Assembly: GCA_964016885.1 (NCBI GenBank)
Contig: OZ024762.1
Span: 7,874,001-7,938,000 of the forward strand
DNA length: 64,000 nucleotides
Source: Eledone cirrhosa
Taxonomy: Eukaryota
Reading direction: 5' to 3'
Both the position numbers and the translations under genes were made by a program. Of this stretch, positions 61,444 to 64,000 are shown in pieces (the first letter of the stretch is position 1; each line of letters starts with the position of its first letter). The notes beneath the pieces are model-generated. The model searched no databases. It was given only the letters and a program-made list of their open reading frames with translations, and was not told the DNA's origin.

Positions 61444-62911
61444 CCTAATTCCTGCTGCATATCTTTCTAGAGCATTAAGGTACTATATCCGTTTGCAGCG
61501 GTTATGTTACATGAGTAGCTATGATTTCAAAGTAGCCGGTTGGCTCTACTGGTAGAAAAACCGAGTGGCATTCTGTTTCTGTTTTTAAGATTATGAATGT
61601 TATTGACAATACAGAGAGTAAAGCTGATGCTTGTTTTACACCCTTGACGATGTTGACATGCCTGGAGATACTAATGTCTGTTGTTATTGCTGTTGTAAAC
61701 ATGTTTGCTTTAACCCTTTAGCATTTATATTACTCTATATTTACCACTATATTTTCACAGTAAAGGGTTTACATCACATAATATCGAATCTATGAGATTT
61801 TGACATTATTTATTTTGAGAACAATACCTTAACATTAGTATGAGTGGCCGGTTACAGCCAGTTTGAACAGAAAGAGGTGAGAGAATTCTGGCTGGATATG
61901 GCCGGTTTAAATGCTAAGAGATTTATGTATCTCTTGTTAGGGGCATTAGTTATCAAGCAGTTTCCAGAGACTAGGGAGCTTCAGACTATCAAAAACCTTG
62001 ATGAAATTGAGGAAGACTATTCACACTCCAAAACTAAATGTATGTCAACAGATAATAATCAACCTCTATACCTTACAATATATGATAAACCCAGACAACA
62101 ATTTTCACTATTTCTCTATGTCAAGCATAAATGGTGTTTCTGTTGCTGTTTGCCACAGAATAAGCTTAGGCTGAACAGCTTTTAGAGGGAAAAAGGAACT
62201 TTTAACCTCATAACAGATCCCACTTTATATCAAATGTAAAATCGATAATGCATATGTCCTACCTATTGTGTCCTATAGGGTCTTGAATGTGTGAACTGGA
62301 CCTATCCATGAATAGTAAAATCAAGACCTTTCAAAACTGTATTAGGAGGTTCAGGACAAACCACAAACTACTTGACTGTATAAAAATTGTGGGCCTACTA
62401 GAAGCTGCTAAATTAGATCTTATTACGTGCATCAGGGTATGGTGAAGGCGCATGGCTTAGTGGTTAGAGCATTGGGCTTTCAATCGAAAGGTTGTGAGTT
62501 CAATTCTTGGACCGGGTGATGTGTTGTTTCCTTGAGCAAGACACTTTATTTCACGTTGCTCCAGTTTACTTAGCTGTAGAAATGAGATGATAGGACTGGG
62601 GTCCCTATCATTAGATTACCCAAGACACCTCCAACGAGATATACCTTGGAGGAGGCCAGCTAAACCTGCATAGGTGTGAGCTGTCACACACATCAGGGTA
62701 TGATTCAGGGTAAAAGATGTAGGGGTAGACTACTGAGGTGCTGGTGAGACAATGTCTATAAATGGCCTGGTCTCTATATGAACTAAACAAAGCCACACAA
62801 AATAGAAAATTTTGAAAAGAACTAAGTCATGCTAGTGTGGAATCTGCCACAGGTGGAAACAGCGAATGACGATCCTACATATGTATATGTGTATATGTAT
62901 GTGTGTGTATG

Positions 62912-62967
<56 letters not shown>

Positions 62968-63315
62968 TACATATATATATACCCATGTTAGCGTGGAAAA
63001 TGGACATTAAACAATGATGACGATATATATACACATAAATATACACACACGTGTATAATGGAGAACAGGTCTTCTTTTACATGAGATTCTGAAGACATAT
63101 TTTTCTAGTTTCAATTTGTTTATTAGAACCTTCTGGTATTTTCAAATGATAAGATGAGAGAGTCTGGAAAAGATGACAAAATTATCACCTTAAGTACTTT
63201 GTAGTTCCAAATGAACTGTCAAGGCCCCATAAAAAAATACCAGAATGTTCTTATGAAGAAACTGAAAGTGGAAAGTGGCCATGCCTTCAATAACAACACA
63301 TGCTAACCAATTTTG

Positions 63316-63884
63316 AATATATGTTAGGTTAAAATAAGCTGCTACAATGCCAGTTTTTAAACTATGAAAAATTACGAAATCAAGTTGGTTATATAAGTCC
63401 TGAAAGACAAGAAAATGGACAGCATCACCTGCTGGGATGGACAGCATCACCTGCTGGGAAATTATGTACCCAAGTTGTTTGGCTATTTCTCATAGTAAAA
63501 AAAACCTGTATTGAAGCAGATTACTTTAACCCTTTAGCATTTACATTACTTTATATATACTATTGAATCTATAAGATTTTGATATTATATATTTTGAGAA
63601 CAATACTTTAACATTAATATGAGTGGCCAGTTACAGCCAGTTTGAACAGAAAGAGGTGAGAGAATTCTGGCCGAATACGTCCGGTTTGAATGCTAAAGGG
63701 TTAAACCAGAATTCTCTCATCTCTTTCTATCCAAACCGGTCGTCACTGGCCAGTCATACTGATGTTAAGGTATTGTTCTCAAAATAAATAACATCAAAAT
63801 CTCATAGATTCAATATTTATGTGAAATAAAGCCTTTACCGTGAAAATACAATAGTATATATAGAGTAATGTAAATGCTAAGTTA
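63316..63884. repeat. Second copy of the 23171-23772 segment (non-MITE DNA plus inverted MITE pair)
   Basis: Near-identical from AATATATGTTAGGTTAAAATAAGCTGC onward, same orientation. Confidence 0.9.
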
Positions 63885-63973
63885 ATTTTAACATACATTT
63901 AAAATTCATAATTTGTTCAATGCTTCATAAATATGGTTGACATAAATATATAAAAAATACAAAAGAATCTTAC

Positions 63974-64000
63974 CAGAGGAGACAGCAGGTAAATTATTTT
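63974..64000 (-). CDS. NCOA: Probable 3' end of the next upstream NCOA exon (...NNLPAVSS), cut off by the window edge
   Basis: CTG|GTAAGA donor; the frame is open and phase 1 matches the acceptor at 54036. Only 27 nt are visible. Confidence 0.55.

Noticed and set aside
61502-61702. Minus-strand ORF ending FEIIATHVT, loosely like the end of a PAS-B domain
   Set aside because: No convincing acceptor, a weak donor whose phase does not match the exon at 54036, and a better phase-compatible donor at 63973.
62611-62796. Non-repetitive-looking minus-strand segment with AG and GT sites as a possible exon
   Set aside because: The frame needed to fit the neighbouring phase-1 junctions hits TAG after about 17 codons.

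Overview
AT-rich, microsatellite- and repeat-dense eukaryotic DNA. The SINE, MITE and LINE content looks like an octopod cephalopod genome (inference). The window opens with a noisy (TA)n tract and a 200-N scaffold gap. The one host gene is on the minus strand: the 3' part of a p160 nuclear receptor coactivator (NCOA/SRC/Taiman family). I rebuilt 13 GT-AG coding exons with consistent phases (54036 down to the stop at 20585, 4121 nt, about 1370 codons), plus a probable partial exon at the right edge. The product has seven LxxLL boxes, a CBP/p300-interaction-like segment, polyQ/polyP tracts and a terminal SLLEQLL motif. The bHLH-PAS exons must lie beyond position 64000. The rest is transposon debris: RTE, CR1/L2-like, R4/Dong-like and CRE-like LINE fragments, two tRNA-derived SINE families, piggyBac fossils with about 14 TTAA MITEs, hAT and pogo/Tigger MITEs, two Helitrons and several minisatellites. 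The most interesting signal the ORF track misses is a set of type I hammerhead-ribozyme motifs: five with an intact CUGANGA/GAAA core and several decayed ones. They sit in short non-coding elements next to (TA)n tracts. One has a retrozyme-like layout of a 523-nt monomer plus a terminal direct repeat, and two elements are long palindromes with a hammerhead motif in each arm.
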